Assembly (NCBI RefSeq): GCF_006345805.1
Contig: NC_043000.1
Coordinates: forward strand, 157,294,001-157,358,000
Length of the DNA: 64,000 bases
DNA from: Octopus sinensis
Taxonomy: Eukaryota
Direction: 5' to 3'
A program made the position numbers and the translations under genes. The notes beneath the pieces were generated by a model. The model searched no databases, was not told the origin of the DNA, and worked only from the letters and a program-made list of their open reading frames with translations. This document shows, piece by piece, positions 1-12,808 of this stretch (the first letter of the stretch is position 1; each line of letters opens with the position of its first letter).

Positions 1-89
1 AACGTATACTCATACACCAACCCATGTACAAATTCACATAAGCATATGTACATATATTTATAAGTACACACAGTAACACACACGTATGC

Positions 90-121
<32 letters not shown>

Positions 122-357
122 GCCTGTGTGCGTGTGTGTGTGTATAAACACATGCATATAGATTAAGTAAATAAATTGAGATATATAGGAGGTAACAAGT
201 GAAAAGAAAGATCCACTCAAACATAAATACACAGAAGCAAATACGTACGCACAACATTTTTATAGATGCGCAGATATATTCTCATATGTATATGCACATA
301 GATAAACATGGATACACTTATATATATATATATATATACGCATACATACATACATAC

Positions 358-444
<87 letters not shown>

Positions 445-1286
445 TATTATACATACATATATATATATATATACATACGTAGGTGCATACATATGCACAC
501 ATACAAGGTAGACATCTATTGACCCTCTAAAAGTCAGCAACTATCAGAATACCCAACTGGTGCTATGTAAGATTTATTAGTTTAGGAAACAACTTTATAC
601 CTTATATAAAATTTGATCTCTTCTTTTCCTTTCTTTTTATGGTTCGGTCTTATGTGTGTTAATTTTTTCTCTGCTTGTCTATTTATTTCTAGAATTCTCT
701 AGAAAGTTGTTGAAAATATAAAACAACTTTAGGAATGTAACAGAAAAATAACCCCTTTCGCCCACAGATAAAATGAAAAAAAAATCTAGATTAAAAACTG
801 CTTCGAAAACAAATAATAGAAAAGAAAAAATAGATGGGAATAATTTTATAAGAAAAAAAAGCTCAGGGGGGAATTTAGACCAATAAAATCATAGAAATAC
901 GAAATGAGAAGACGTAAAAAAATAATTAAAAAATCCGATATGGAATCGAACCTAAAATTTGTATTATACTGTTGATGATTGTTGTGATGACGACAATAGC
1001 AATAAGATTATCATCTATGATACACATTTTGATATGATATTAACTGATGGATAAATATTTACACAGGACGAAATCCTTGGCAACCCTTAGAATCGTGATT
1101 TTTCTAAAGGAATTTGTATTGGATTGGATTGATGTTTGCATTGTTACTGTTGGGATTTACGTTGTTGTTGTTGTTGTTGTCGTCTGAGATAATGTTCGTG
1201 GTGTTTGTTTAAGAAGTCAGGGTGTGATTTGAGGAATACACACATATACACGTACACAAATAATATATATATATATATGTATGTAA

Positions 1287-1345
<59 letters not shown>

Positions 1346-1360
1346 ATATATCTATATATA

Positions 1361-1872
1361 TCTATATATATAAAACTGTAGTTGTGTGAGTGTCTGTCCC
1401 CTTCGATTTAGATTCCTAACTACTCCCACATTTTGCGGTGCAGTTTAACCAAATTCGGGTAGCTTATAGTCGTGATTCATATCGAGCCCGTCTGAGTATT
1501 AGCGCGCGTCTACGATGAGTCTACGATTTTAAAAATAATTTAACATCATTTTTTATTCCATTTTAATGCATAATTTTTCGTGTGTCGATGGCGGCGGAGT
1601 TGGCGTCCATGGTCACACCTGCACCTGTTTGCTTCTCCCCCTTCTTTCCTCCCTCGTGAAGCTGTAGGGAAGGGAGTGTAAGGAAATCAACGTCGTAAAG
1701 CGTTGTCAAGGAGACCAGCGTTCTTTTAGAACAACGACTTCATGGCTTGAAGACACCAAAACAGAAATGGCTAAGAAAGCCCGAATTGGCATCTATAAGG
1801 GAAGTAACTCTCTAAAAATGCTTACATAGTTATTTCCCTTACAAACCCGAGCAACGCCGGGCGATACTGCTA

Positions 1873-1873
<1 letters not shown>
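1361..1873 (+). mobile_element. Non-autonomous Helitron, complete ends
   Basis: A|TC start (tctatatatataaaactg), subterminal hairpin cccgagcaacgccggg, CTAG|T end, no TSD. Confidence 0.85.
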
Positions 1874-1942
<69 letters not shown>

Positions 1943-2034
1943 TCATATATATGTATATATGTATATGCACACATATATGTATGCATATATATTATATATA
2001 TATATGATGTGTATGTAATATATATGTATATATG

Positions 2035-2104
<70 letters not shown>

Positions 2105-2920
2105 TCATATGTATGTATATATATATATGCGCACATATATGAATCTATATACATATACACATATGTGGGTATGTAGATAAATATCCATATTTGTACACAC
2201 ACGTTTGCATATCTGCGTTGTAAAAAGAAGACACGGACCTCACAAATCCTCTCGAAGTCTTGAAGACACTAAATCGAAACGAAGTGCAGCTTTTCTTTGA
2301 CTCGCAACATCTACATCACATTTCGATGTCTATGCGTTTGCAATACAAGAGTAACAGATTGTTGCAAAATACTAATAAACAAACGAGACAGTGAAACCCC
2401 GGAAGCCCCTCCATGCACCAGAAAATGTCGATTGTAGAATATTTCCATCACAAATGTGGTCAGCAGGCACCCAAAATGTCATCAACGTATTGCTTTCAAA
2501 CACCATATGACGTTTCACTAAGACAATATATAACATTTAAGATGCTTGGGGTTATCATGTGCGCACAATAAAATACGCATGAAATACACACGTACACAAA
2601 TACGTAGTAATGACTTGCTCGCATTCGTGGACTAAAGTGACACATGCATCCACTACACAAGTGCAAGTTTATCCGCATACACATATGCACACACATATAT
2701 GTATTCATTAACCAATTCAGATAAACACAAACTCCAAAAGATGTCTTGACTTAAACAGGAAAAGCTTTGCCTACTTCGTTAGCGACCGGCTTGAAATCTG
2801 CAAATGAAAACGCTTATACAACTCCTAAAGATAGGCATATATGCATGGGTATGTGTATTTATAATTTATAGTACTCACATATATAGAATCATCTATCTAT
2901 CCATCTACCTATCCAATATG

Positions 2921-4100
2921 GAATACACTTGATGGTTGTCGCAAAGTTGAGACCTTTGTTCAGTATTGCTTCTTCAGAGCTTTCTAGAAGCAGTACTGAA
3001 CAAAGGTCTCAATTTTGCGACAACCATCAAGCGTATTCAATACTTGGACATAATAGCCCCTATTGAAGAGCTAGCTATAAAGAAACCAAAGCTCAGGGAG
3101 ATGACCCAAGGTAGAAAGTGCGACATGTACTAGAAAAAGCGAAACTTTCCAAACCAAACATCGCTAAGGAAGAAACGTTCACTATCAAAAGACTACAGAG
3201 TGACAATTCCATCATAATACTTCCAGCAGACAAGGAAAAGCTGCAATGGTGATGAACAAGTCTGACAACTCGGAAAAACTGGCAAGTCTTATAAGTGATG
3301 GTAACTACAGCAAAGAAAAGAAAGACCCAATTCTGAAAACAGAGAGGAAATTGTTACAGATCTTGATCAAGAACAAGGATCACTTTACACTGTATGGATG
3401 GTGGGAATTGAAGTTGAGGTGTCGTCCAGTGGAGGTCGGCTTGCGGTATACGGATGTCCTGAATCCATACTTGGTGTGTGTTATTAATAAGTCCAGGAAT
3501 TCCAGCTGATTGTCTTTTTTTCTTTTTCCATTGTCAACTGTATGGATGGATTTATTGAGTTCACATGATCTAACAGGTTATATAAAGGCGAAACATTTCG
3601 ACCCCTCAAAATAAGGGTAGACGAACATCGCAAAGCTGTGACACGAGGAGATATTGATAAATCGGGTATAGCTGATGATGTATGGAAAAATGGAGACCAC
3701 CTCCCGCTGTAGGATGAAGTTAAAATAATAGACAGAGAACACCACTGGAAAATACGAAAACTAAAAGAAGCAGCACATATGCTTGGACACAACAACCTCC
3801 TAAGCAGACCAAGTACAGATAGGAACAGCATATGGGAACTGGTATTAAGGAAGGACCGAAAAATATCAGATTTGTAAGCCTTAAAATTCACTCCGTAATT
3901 GTCCACGGGCATATGGCGTAGTGGTTAAGAGCGCGGGCTACTAACCCGAAGAAAAATACCTTAGGAATGAGAACCCTGGTTCGAAATTTCCCCAAGACAC
4001 CTGATGAAGGTTGGAGGGTATATCAGCCTAAACATTGTGTTAACAACAAACAATATGAGGACAAATATCCCTCAAATGTAAATAATGTACATAATTCCTC
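2921..4100 (+). mobile_element. Rearranged Penelope-like element (RT N-terminus, inverted RT thumb, GIY-YIG endonuclease, 3' end with hammerhead)
   Basis: + strand 2986-3377 gives NSIIILPADK...AMVMNKSD. - strand ~3378-3577 gives LLDHVNSINPSIQLTMEKE and HHPYSVK. + strand ~3578-3877 gives YKGETFRPLKIRVDEHRK...DEVKIIDREHHWKIRKLKEA. 53-bp 5' inversion at 2921-3038. Confidence 0.85.
3997..4040 (+). ncRNA. Degenerate type I hammerhead ribozyme (G12U)
   Basis: ACAC-CTGATGA-A-GGTTG-loop-CAGCC-TAA-ACAT-T-GTGT. Stems I and II pair; G12 is T and helix III is ACAT rather than ACGT. Confidence 0.65.
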
Positions 4101-6523
4101 ATCTCTTAAATATAGAACTGTATGCATTTTAATATTTGTATTTTAGTTATCATCATGCGACCGTCAAATTTGTACAATTATGTGAGTTCATGGTTAGACA
4201 CAGAAACATACTTGCTCAAAACATTTTTATGGATAATATCATCAGAAGTTTGGGGAAAAAAGAGAAGAGTGAATCTTTATAATATGTTAAACAACAATGA
4301 AAGCGCACGATTCGATCCTCATTTCAAGCCGCTCACAGACTTAATTTCATAGAGTGTCTCACTAAATGCGGCTGGAAATGCGTCCATATATAAATTTTCT
4401 TCATAATCTCCCCTGTATTAAAAACATTCACAGACAAACACACAGACACACACACATACATACATGAACGTATATCGATGTATGTATATACATACATGTA
4501 TATCGATATATGAATGTATTTTTACACACATATATGTTAATCTAGGATATGAATCCATATTTATACCTTAATCCTGTTATCTCTCAGGATTACATACAAC
4601 ACACGTATAATGTTAAAAATGGTTATGTATAGAACTGATATTGTTACACATTCAAACAAACATCACTGCCTACCTACCTACCTACCTACCTACCTACCCA
4701 CCCATCCACCTATCTACCTCTTTGACTTTCTGTCTGTCTATTTATAAATTTACGCATAGGAGCAAAATTTTCGATATGTACTTGTAGATACGTTTTAGTA
4801 CACGCTTTTGAAAATATAAAAAATTAGAGATATGGTACATATATATTCACCAACACACGCGCACACATACTATGACAAACAAACACGCACGCATCCTATC
4901 ACACCACACCACACTTTATCTCACCTCATATTTATGCTAGCAATGTTATAAATGATACATCAACATAATATATATATATACATCAACATGAGAAACAGAA
5001 TCTGAATTAGCTCTAACTTTAAAAAAATCTAATTCGAAATAATTTGCTTCATTAATATTCTCACTTCAGATTATCCCTCGTCATGTTCTATTTTACTTTG
5101 CACTCCACTGGGAATTGGGGTGCGAATAATCTACTGGGGCCCGTTAGGTTTTTGTTTTCCACATAGTAGTCAACAGACGAGGCGCAGAGTCCATAATCTT
5201 TGCACACCTCCCATAGCTTTTTCTTCTCTCGTCGATATGAGTAATGCACCTCTCCTAAAGTTTATAATTACTTATGCATTTTGAATTGAGATTATAGAGA
5301 TAATGATGTTTTATGCCATCGAAAGAGCTGTAGAGTGCAATTAAATTGTGAAGTATATGTAAAATTTTTGCTCTTTAGTTTTTTTAAATTCTAAATATTC
5401 TTTCCGGTATAGTGAGATTAATATCTTTGATGTTTGAATTGTACATTTGCAGAGAAAGGTTTGCAGGAAATGTGTAGACGGATAAGGCATTCCAGATTGT
5501 CACATTTCTTGGGAGAAGGAATGAAGCAAAGCATTTGTGAGTCTAACAGATGAGACACAGTGGGGGATGACGGAAGGAGGAGGGACGGTGTATTCAGTTG
5601 ATACTTAGTGGAAATGGTATGTAGTTAGCTAGGACAGAAATTGCTGTAGTTGCAGCAGAAGAGGAAACTATAAGATACTGCAATTCTAGAAGTTAATAGC
5701 TGCTATGAATTTGAGAACACGGTTATATTTAAATACACTCTCATACGCACACAAACACACATATAACATATATACGTACACATAAGTATAAGAAAAGAAT
5801 TAAATGGTTCTCTATGGGGATCGACGATGAGTATGCAGCTATTCAATCAAGAGAACTACTTGCACATTGAATTAATGTGCAGGTGGCAGCGTATTCCGCA
5901 GTAACAGATATTCCTGATGTAATCTCCAGATAGAATTAGCGGGACACAGTATGTGATAAAGCGGGAACTTTGAATTAAATGTATTGCCCATTCGAATGTA
6001 TTCCGCATAGTTTCTGTCTGTCTAATTTACCTAACAAAACATGTATTGACCTGAGGCTATGATAAAAGCTACTTGCTCGAGATGTCACATCGTAAGATCC
6101 AACTCGGGATTTCGTAATTGTGAATTGAACTTCTTAACCGTTCAACGCTGTTGCGCTTATACATACATAGATCCATCCATCCCTCCATCCATCCATCCAT
6201 CCATCCATCCATCCATCCATCTATCCACCCATCCATCCATTCATGCATACATACGTATATATACGTACGTACATACATACATGCATACAAACAAACACGT
6301 GGTCTTTCCTTTAGGTGTGTCTTATAATTTATTAAAATGTTGTCGGATTGTAGAGGTGTTACATTGTAAAAAAAAAATGAAGCTATGATTTGTATATCTG
6401 TATGATTTGATGTTCGTGTGTTTGTCTTGAAACAATATTAACATTTCTCAATGAATCTTTTTCCTAAATTTGATCGCAAGCCATAAAATAAAAAAGAATT
6501 ACCTTAGAATAATGCCGATGAAA

Positions 6524-6840
6524 GGCGCAATGGTCCAGTGGTTAGGGCAGCGGACTCGCTGTCGGAGGATCGCGGTTTCGATTAAAAAATCGGGCGTTGT
6601 GTGTGTTTATTGAGCGAAAATACCTAAAAGCTCCACGAGGCTCCGTCAGGGGGTGGTAATGATCCCTGTTGTACTCTTTCGTCACAACTTTCTCCCACGC
6701 TCTCTACCTGTTTCTTGAGTAACGCTGCGAAGGACTGGCGTCCCGTCCAGCTGGGTGGGGTGGGGTGGGGGGAACACATACGCCACAGAAACCGGGAAAC
6801 CGGGCCCATGAGCCTGGCTATGCTTGAAAAGGGCGACGAA
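6524..6840 (+). mobile_element. tRNA-derived SINE family C with V-SINE-like 3' module
   Basis: Head ggcgcaatggtccagtggttagggcagcggactc...ggtttcgatt, then gctgcgaaggactggcgtcccgtccag...acagaaaccggga, resembling the V-domain as I recall it. Confidence 0.7.
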
Positions 6841-7673
6841 CGAATGCCCGATGAAAAATTCTAAGTAGAAAATCGATCTGGGAAACTCAAGAAAAGAGTT
6901 CTCAGTGGCATTCGAAATCAGAACGAAGAATATCGGGAAAGAATACTGTAAATCACCCAATGCAACACTCTAATGCTAACTATGAGTTTCTATATCAGGA
7001 TTCCAATACGCGTTAGAATTCTATTTTCTTGTGTACAAATTCTGTCGTAATTGGCTTACTAATAGGATTGAATCCTGACATTTACCAATCATGGAATATT
7101 CTGATGCTTCACAGACAGCTTTATGAATTTGTTTTCGCACATCACATGAACGCATCTGAATTTTCGGATTTCAGACATATTTTCCTAGAGCAGACAGCAA
7201 GTAATTTTTCTCTGACACTAGTTCATAATAAATAATAATACACATATTTACAACCCATGTTCTCTACAGCCCTTTATCGGATGAAATAGGAAATATAAGA
7301 AACTGGAAGCTTCCCAATTTAAACGCTATGTCGATGACTTCACAGTGCAGAATGTCCGTTCGAAACAACCTGTAAATCAGCCACTTGAATGCAGGAAAGG
7401 CCAGATGGTTAAGATGTTTGCTTCACAATCATGAGACCTTTGATTAGATCACAATGCGTGAAACCTTGAATAAGTGTTTTTCTCTCTTAACTCGGATTCT
7501 CTCAAACCTTAATCGTTAATTTGGAATGACAGAAAGTGTGCGGAAGCCCGCGAGGTGATTTTTACCTCCATTTAAACGTTCATCTTTCTGAAATGCTTTG
7601 TCCAACTGACTTAGCCTCAGAAGAACGTTTAGAAGATACGTGTTAAATTTGATTTCACGACAAGGAATCATAA

Positions 7674-7745
<72 letters not shown>

Positions 7746-7819
7746 GATTTTAAAATGTGACCACGTGTGCATTGTTGACAATTTTATTCCTCGGTCTTCC
7801 CTTCCTTGGACTTTTCTCT

Positions 7820-7854
7820 ATTTCTGAAGAAGAGCTTCGCTCGAAATGTTAAAT
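7820..7854 (+). ncRNA. Minimal type I hammerhead ribozyme, core intact
   Basis: ATTT-CTGAAGA-A-GAGC-TTC-GCTC-GAA-ATGT-T/AAAT, inside a ~200-bp element between (TA)n and (CA)n. Confidence 0.7.
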
Positions 7855-7950
7855 CATCTTTCCTTCTTTTCCTGAGCGTCCGATAATTCCCTACTTGTAC
7901 CACGTCCTAGCGTTATCATTTTTTTGTTTGTTCTATTTTGTTTGGATTCA

Positions 7951-7983
<33 letters not shown>

Positions 7984-8149
7984 ATATATATATATATATA
8001 ATTTAATACACATTTACTTATTTACTTCTTCAAATCTCTCTCTCTCTATCGATCTATCTATCTATAATGTATTGTAAGCAATAGTTTTTGAGAGAGATTT
8101 TTCAAAAACACCCAGTACTAGCTCGTGGTCTCGCAGAGCATTGTATATA

Positions 8150-8775
8150 TGACATTCTTGTAATGCCATTCACCTGGGAAGGGTTAAGACCACTCCTATT
8201 GAGTTTACCACGTCTCGAGTCAAAACGGTCCATGCATGTCTGTCGGCGGGCGATTCTGCAGCGTGTTGAAGCCATTCCCGGTTCCAGCGACAAACTCCAA
8301 AGCCTGGAGAGCCGGAAACGATCTCCACATCTGCTTTGATTGCAGCAGCCTTTGATTCAGCAGACCGTACAAGCTTATGAGAGGTCATGAGGCGAGACGG
8401 TTTTCCAACCAAGCATCTCAACCTTATCCGTGCATAACATACCCATATGGGAACCAGAGTACGGTGCTATGGGGAGGAGTCTGATTCCTTTGCCGTTCAA
8501 ACGGTTGTTCGCCAAGGTTGTGTTCTATCGTCCACTCTTTTTGAATTTCGTCATCGAATGGATACTCAACCAAGGACTAGATGGGTCCCTCGAGGCCAGG
8601 GTAAGATGTGGTTTCCCGGTCATTGACGTTGAGCATGCCAATGACGTTGCCGTCATAGGGGACTCCTATAGCGACATCCAACGCGCTCTTGATGGGATAA
8701 ACCTTGCCGCCGCCGCAAGAGTTGAACTGAAAATCAACGCCTCGAAAACGAACGTCCTCTCAGTCAACATACTCA
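8150..8775 (+). mobile_element. Decayed RTE-clade LINE reverse transcriptase fragment
   Basis: Frameshifted translation gives AFDSADR..L*EVMRRDGFPTK, VRCYGEESDSFAVQTVVRQGCVLS, NFVIEWIL, DVEHANDVAV (YADD region), ELKINASKT. Confidence 0.8.
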
Positions 8776-11029
8776 CCTCCTCCATATATAACAGTACCTT
8801 CTAGTTACTTCCATACTATAGTTTCAAGTCACCATTCGGTATTTTACTCTTGCAATAACTTTGACATACTGCTGAAGATCGCTGTGTCCAACAACATAGA
8901 CACTAATGCGATTTCATGTTACGGATGTAAAGACACAAAACTGCCATATAGAAGCATATACACGCATACGCGCATGCATATACTCACCTCCCTTGCAGTC
9001 ACACACACACACATATATATATACACACATATTGGCTGTATGTGTGTATATATTTATATATATAGACACACACACACGAGTATATATATATATTCTTGTG
9101 TGTATCTATGTAACTTCAATTGAAGTTATTAATAAATCAAACGAACTTGGATTTAATTCCCGTATTCCATACGGAACACCTATTCTGTGTTTTAAACCTG
9201 TTCTGTAGATCACTTTGGCTAGTGTACTCACATCTAAAATCATACACCATAAATATTTATCTTTAATAACAGGCTTCTTGTCTAACATCTAATAGGTTAG
9301 TGTGACCGAATATTACTAATATTGCAACAGTGAATAATCTAATAGCTCATATATGATAACGGAAGATATAGTTTCATCTTATAATTTTAACTTTGATGTG
9401 AGTATTGGGATATCTTCATAATAACTACATCATTCCCAGTTAATCACTTAGTATAGACCTCTTTGTAGTAGTTTATTCTTCTATTAAATCATTCATCGAA
9501 CAGTAGATATTATATATCAAATATACGAATTTCAGTATTTGGGTTGCTCATATTTTCCTATTCCCTTATTTTATTGCTTTTTCTTTACTTGTTTAAATTA
9601 TTAGTTTAGGACGACGAGTGTTTACATTTATCCTTATATTGTTTTCTATATCTGTCCTTCTTTCTAAAAACTTCTTTATCTCCTTTTCCATTTCTGCCCC
9701 TTATCCCTTTCTCTACAATGTATTTACTCTGTTTATATCTACTTCAACTCTATCTTTCCTTTATATACTCTTTCCACTTATTATTTCCTTTTTTTCTTAC
9801 ATTAAATCACTAGTGCAAAATTTACGATTCAAATATGCGTGTATATATATGCATATAATGTATATATGTGTATATATGTGAGCCGATGTGTATACACGCA
9901 AACATACACACAGATGCACAAACCTATAAATAAGTAAGTGTATATATATATATACATACAAGTAGAAAATAAAATAGAAAGATAAACGGTATTAGGATAG
10001 ATTATTAACGTTTGCTCCGAAAATGTCTAAAAGAGACAATTTGATTCTCGGCGCCGATTGAATATAAATGAAACTCTGAAATTCTTTTATCTTAAGGTCA
10101 ATGGTAGTACATTATAATCTCTCTCCTTCCTGTTCAATACTATTTTTAATTGTCAGTTTCCTGATACACACGCTTTATAACTTTCATAATTTGGTACCTT
10201 TGGTTGTGACTAGACTTGTCTGAGAATCGAATACTCAACAAGTCATTGTTTCATTATTTTTTTTAAATATTGCCTGATGAGCGTGGGCTGTGCATAATGT
10301 ATTGCGTAGTTAAAAAATAGTATTGTGCTTGCATTAAAGTAGAGATTCTCCGCGAAACAATTGTTGCAACATTTAAAATCCATTTGTTCGTTTATTGTTA
10401 TTTCGCGCTACACCAGACGTCTTACCATTTGCTGAATATAACTTATATACAATTAAAATTGCAGATTATTCAACAACAATGTCTTGATTTCATCGCTGCT
10501 TTTTGCGCTGATAATGGCTTACTTAACTGTCTGCTCTGCGTGGTTTTGGCTAGCCATGTTGATGTACCTTGATTCTTTATGAATCCTATGCAACAGGATT
10601 TTATACATACGTACATGCATGCATACATACATACATACATACATACATACATACATACATACATACATACATACATACATACATACATACAAGCATGTCT
10701 AGATATGCAAGTATATACACGAGAAGACATACATAAAACAAAACACGAATCTGCATGTATGCATACATACAAAAATACCCTGTTGTTGATGTTGAAATTC
10801 CAGTGAAGGAGCCATGGATCTAAGTTTTTCTATTAGCTACAAACCTTGAAATAAACTGAATAATGACATACATACATCTGTGTGTGTGCATATGTGTGTA
10901 TTCATTAGATAACATACACAGCCTGCTCCACTGGACATTAGACATCATGTATAAACTAGCGATCACAGGGATTCCAACACAAAAATGTACATATGTATAT
11001 ATGTATATGTATATAAATATATAACTTAC

Positions 11030-11205
11030 TTGACGGTGTGCCCATACGACGGATCCGAGAAGTTTCCATGTCCCTCCTCTACGATCCATGCGTACCATTC
11101 TTAAGATCTGAAAGAATCGTAGACCACGCAATGAGGAAGTTGCGAATATTCGACCAGTACTGCCAACGGCTAGTACAATGATACTAGCTGAAACTATCAT
11201 CAGGT
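11030..11205 (-). CDS. KCNQ: Internal coding exon of a KCNQ (Kv7) voltage-gated K+ channel: end of S3, S4 voltage sensor, S4-S5 linker
   Basis: Translates (D)[58 protein letters not shown], the KCNQ S4 signature. Acceptor ttatttccttcacag|AC at 11206/11205, donor CAA|gtaagt at 11030/11029. Length 176 nt, starting at phase 1 and ending at phase 0. Confidence 0.97.
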
Positions 11206-11556
11206 CTGTGAAGGAAATAAAGAAATAGAAATAATTGTATATTATTTATAATTTAGTAAAAGAGCACTTACTGTGTATTAAGTCATATTATTCAGCAATA
11301 AAGGAATGGATCTCCGTCAGTTTCGACGTTGTGTTTGAGTTGTTTGATCAACTGTACCATCTGTTCACTGAATTTACGATAAATAGTTGAGAATTCCACA
11401 GATGTGTGTCTCCGAAACGCTTCCATACACTTTCCAGGGATTCAGTTTTACTCACATTCCAAATTCAATTTCTAAACCATATGGTTATGCTTGCATCTTT
11501 ATTGTTTTTTTGTTGTTATTCATTTCAACACATGCATATTTCGTAGATACACATGC

Positions 11557-11589
<33 letters not shown>

Positions 11590-11624
11590 TATGTATGTAT
11601 GTATATATATGTATACGTGTGTGT

Positions 11625-11665
<41 letters not shown>

Positions 11666-11782
11666 CAAACGTCACTAAAAGTGACTAAGGGTGCAAGTAA
11701 GAAACAACATTGTTAAAAATAAGAGTTAAAACAACTCTTAGGCACGAACAGACCATTTTCAGTTACAAAAGCACTTATCTAT

Positions 11783-11825
11783 CCACTGATGAGGATCAAT
11801 TTGATTCGATATCACCGTGATATGG
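11783..11825 (+). ncRNA. Type I hammerhead ribozyme relic (A14U)
   Basis: CCA-CTGATGA-GGATC-AATTT-GATTC-GAT-ATCAC-C-GTGAT-A/TGG. All three stems pair; one core substitution. Confidence 0.65.
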
Positions 11826-12239
11826 CGCCCTCATTTGCTTAGGGAGTTTGTCTCCCTTGTCAGTTGATAGATAATTGCTTTCGTAACAGAAAATGGTCTA
11901 CTAGCGGCTAAAAGTTGATTGAAATTTTATTTCTAACAGTCTTAGTCATTTTTAGTGATGTTTGTTCTTGTGCCTTTTGGTTTTATATATATGGCTACAT
12001 GCATATCTTGGATACGCGGTTAAAGCAGTATCCTTCTATGCATCTTATTTTATGTATATATACACCGTTGATAGGCTAGCTACTGAGATATTCGATACTG
12101 AGATAACATCTCTTAGGGACGTGCTGTATTGTGAAATAATACATTTCGGAAGGAGACGAAAAAATTACCCAGCAGCAGCCAGTGAGAACTTGTGGCTGCT
12201 AGAACAAGTCAATGAAAGCAATACACACACACACACACG

Positions 12240-12298
<59 letters not shown>

Positions 12299-12731
12299 AC
12301 ACATAAAGACGCTAGCTGATGCTGGGGCGATCTTTCATCTCTTTGCGACCTTTATTGTGTTTTTAACACAGTACGTCCTTTAAGAATGGAATCTCAGGAC
12401 GAAGAGTACAACTTGCCTAGCGATGATGTATTAGGTATGACGGCTATATATACTTCTATACATACACGCACGCACGTGCGCAAACAAACAAACACACAAA
12501 CACAAACACAGTGTACATGTATGTATACATGTACACATGTATGTTTATTATACACTCACACGTGCGCAATACACGCATATATAAACCAGAGACGTTACTG
12601 AATCTGAACACACATAAAGCGTACATATGAATCTGTACTAAATTCGAACTTATGCAATATACTTCGATGAAATCTGTAAGACATGAGGCAAAATGTAAGT
12701 AGTTAAGTTCAGTGTCTGTGCAATTTATGTT

Positions 12732-12808
<77 letters not shown>

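Noticed and set aside
199-522. Long YI/HT/VC/LS-repeat ORFs here and at ~1870, 20316, 21059, 23065, 26314, 38684, 50165 and 54721
   Set aside because: Translations of di- and tetranucleotide microsatellites.
2380-2480. IVEYFHHKCG resembling a piggyBac transposase motif
   Set aside because: Too short; no other motifs or TTAA/TIR support.
3905-3950. tRNA genes here and at SINE heads
   Set aside because: No complete cloverleaf; these are SINE or pLTR-derived heads.
6753-6772. G-quadruplex motif GGGTGGGGTGGGGTGGGGGG
   Set aside because: A G-run expansion within a SINE body; no evidence of function.
9110-9560. Possible APE-type endonuclease relic on the minus strand
   Set aside because: Only a weak LVIFGHTN ~ LVIxGDFN resemblance amid many stops.
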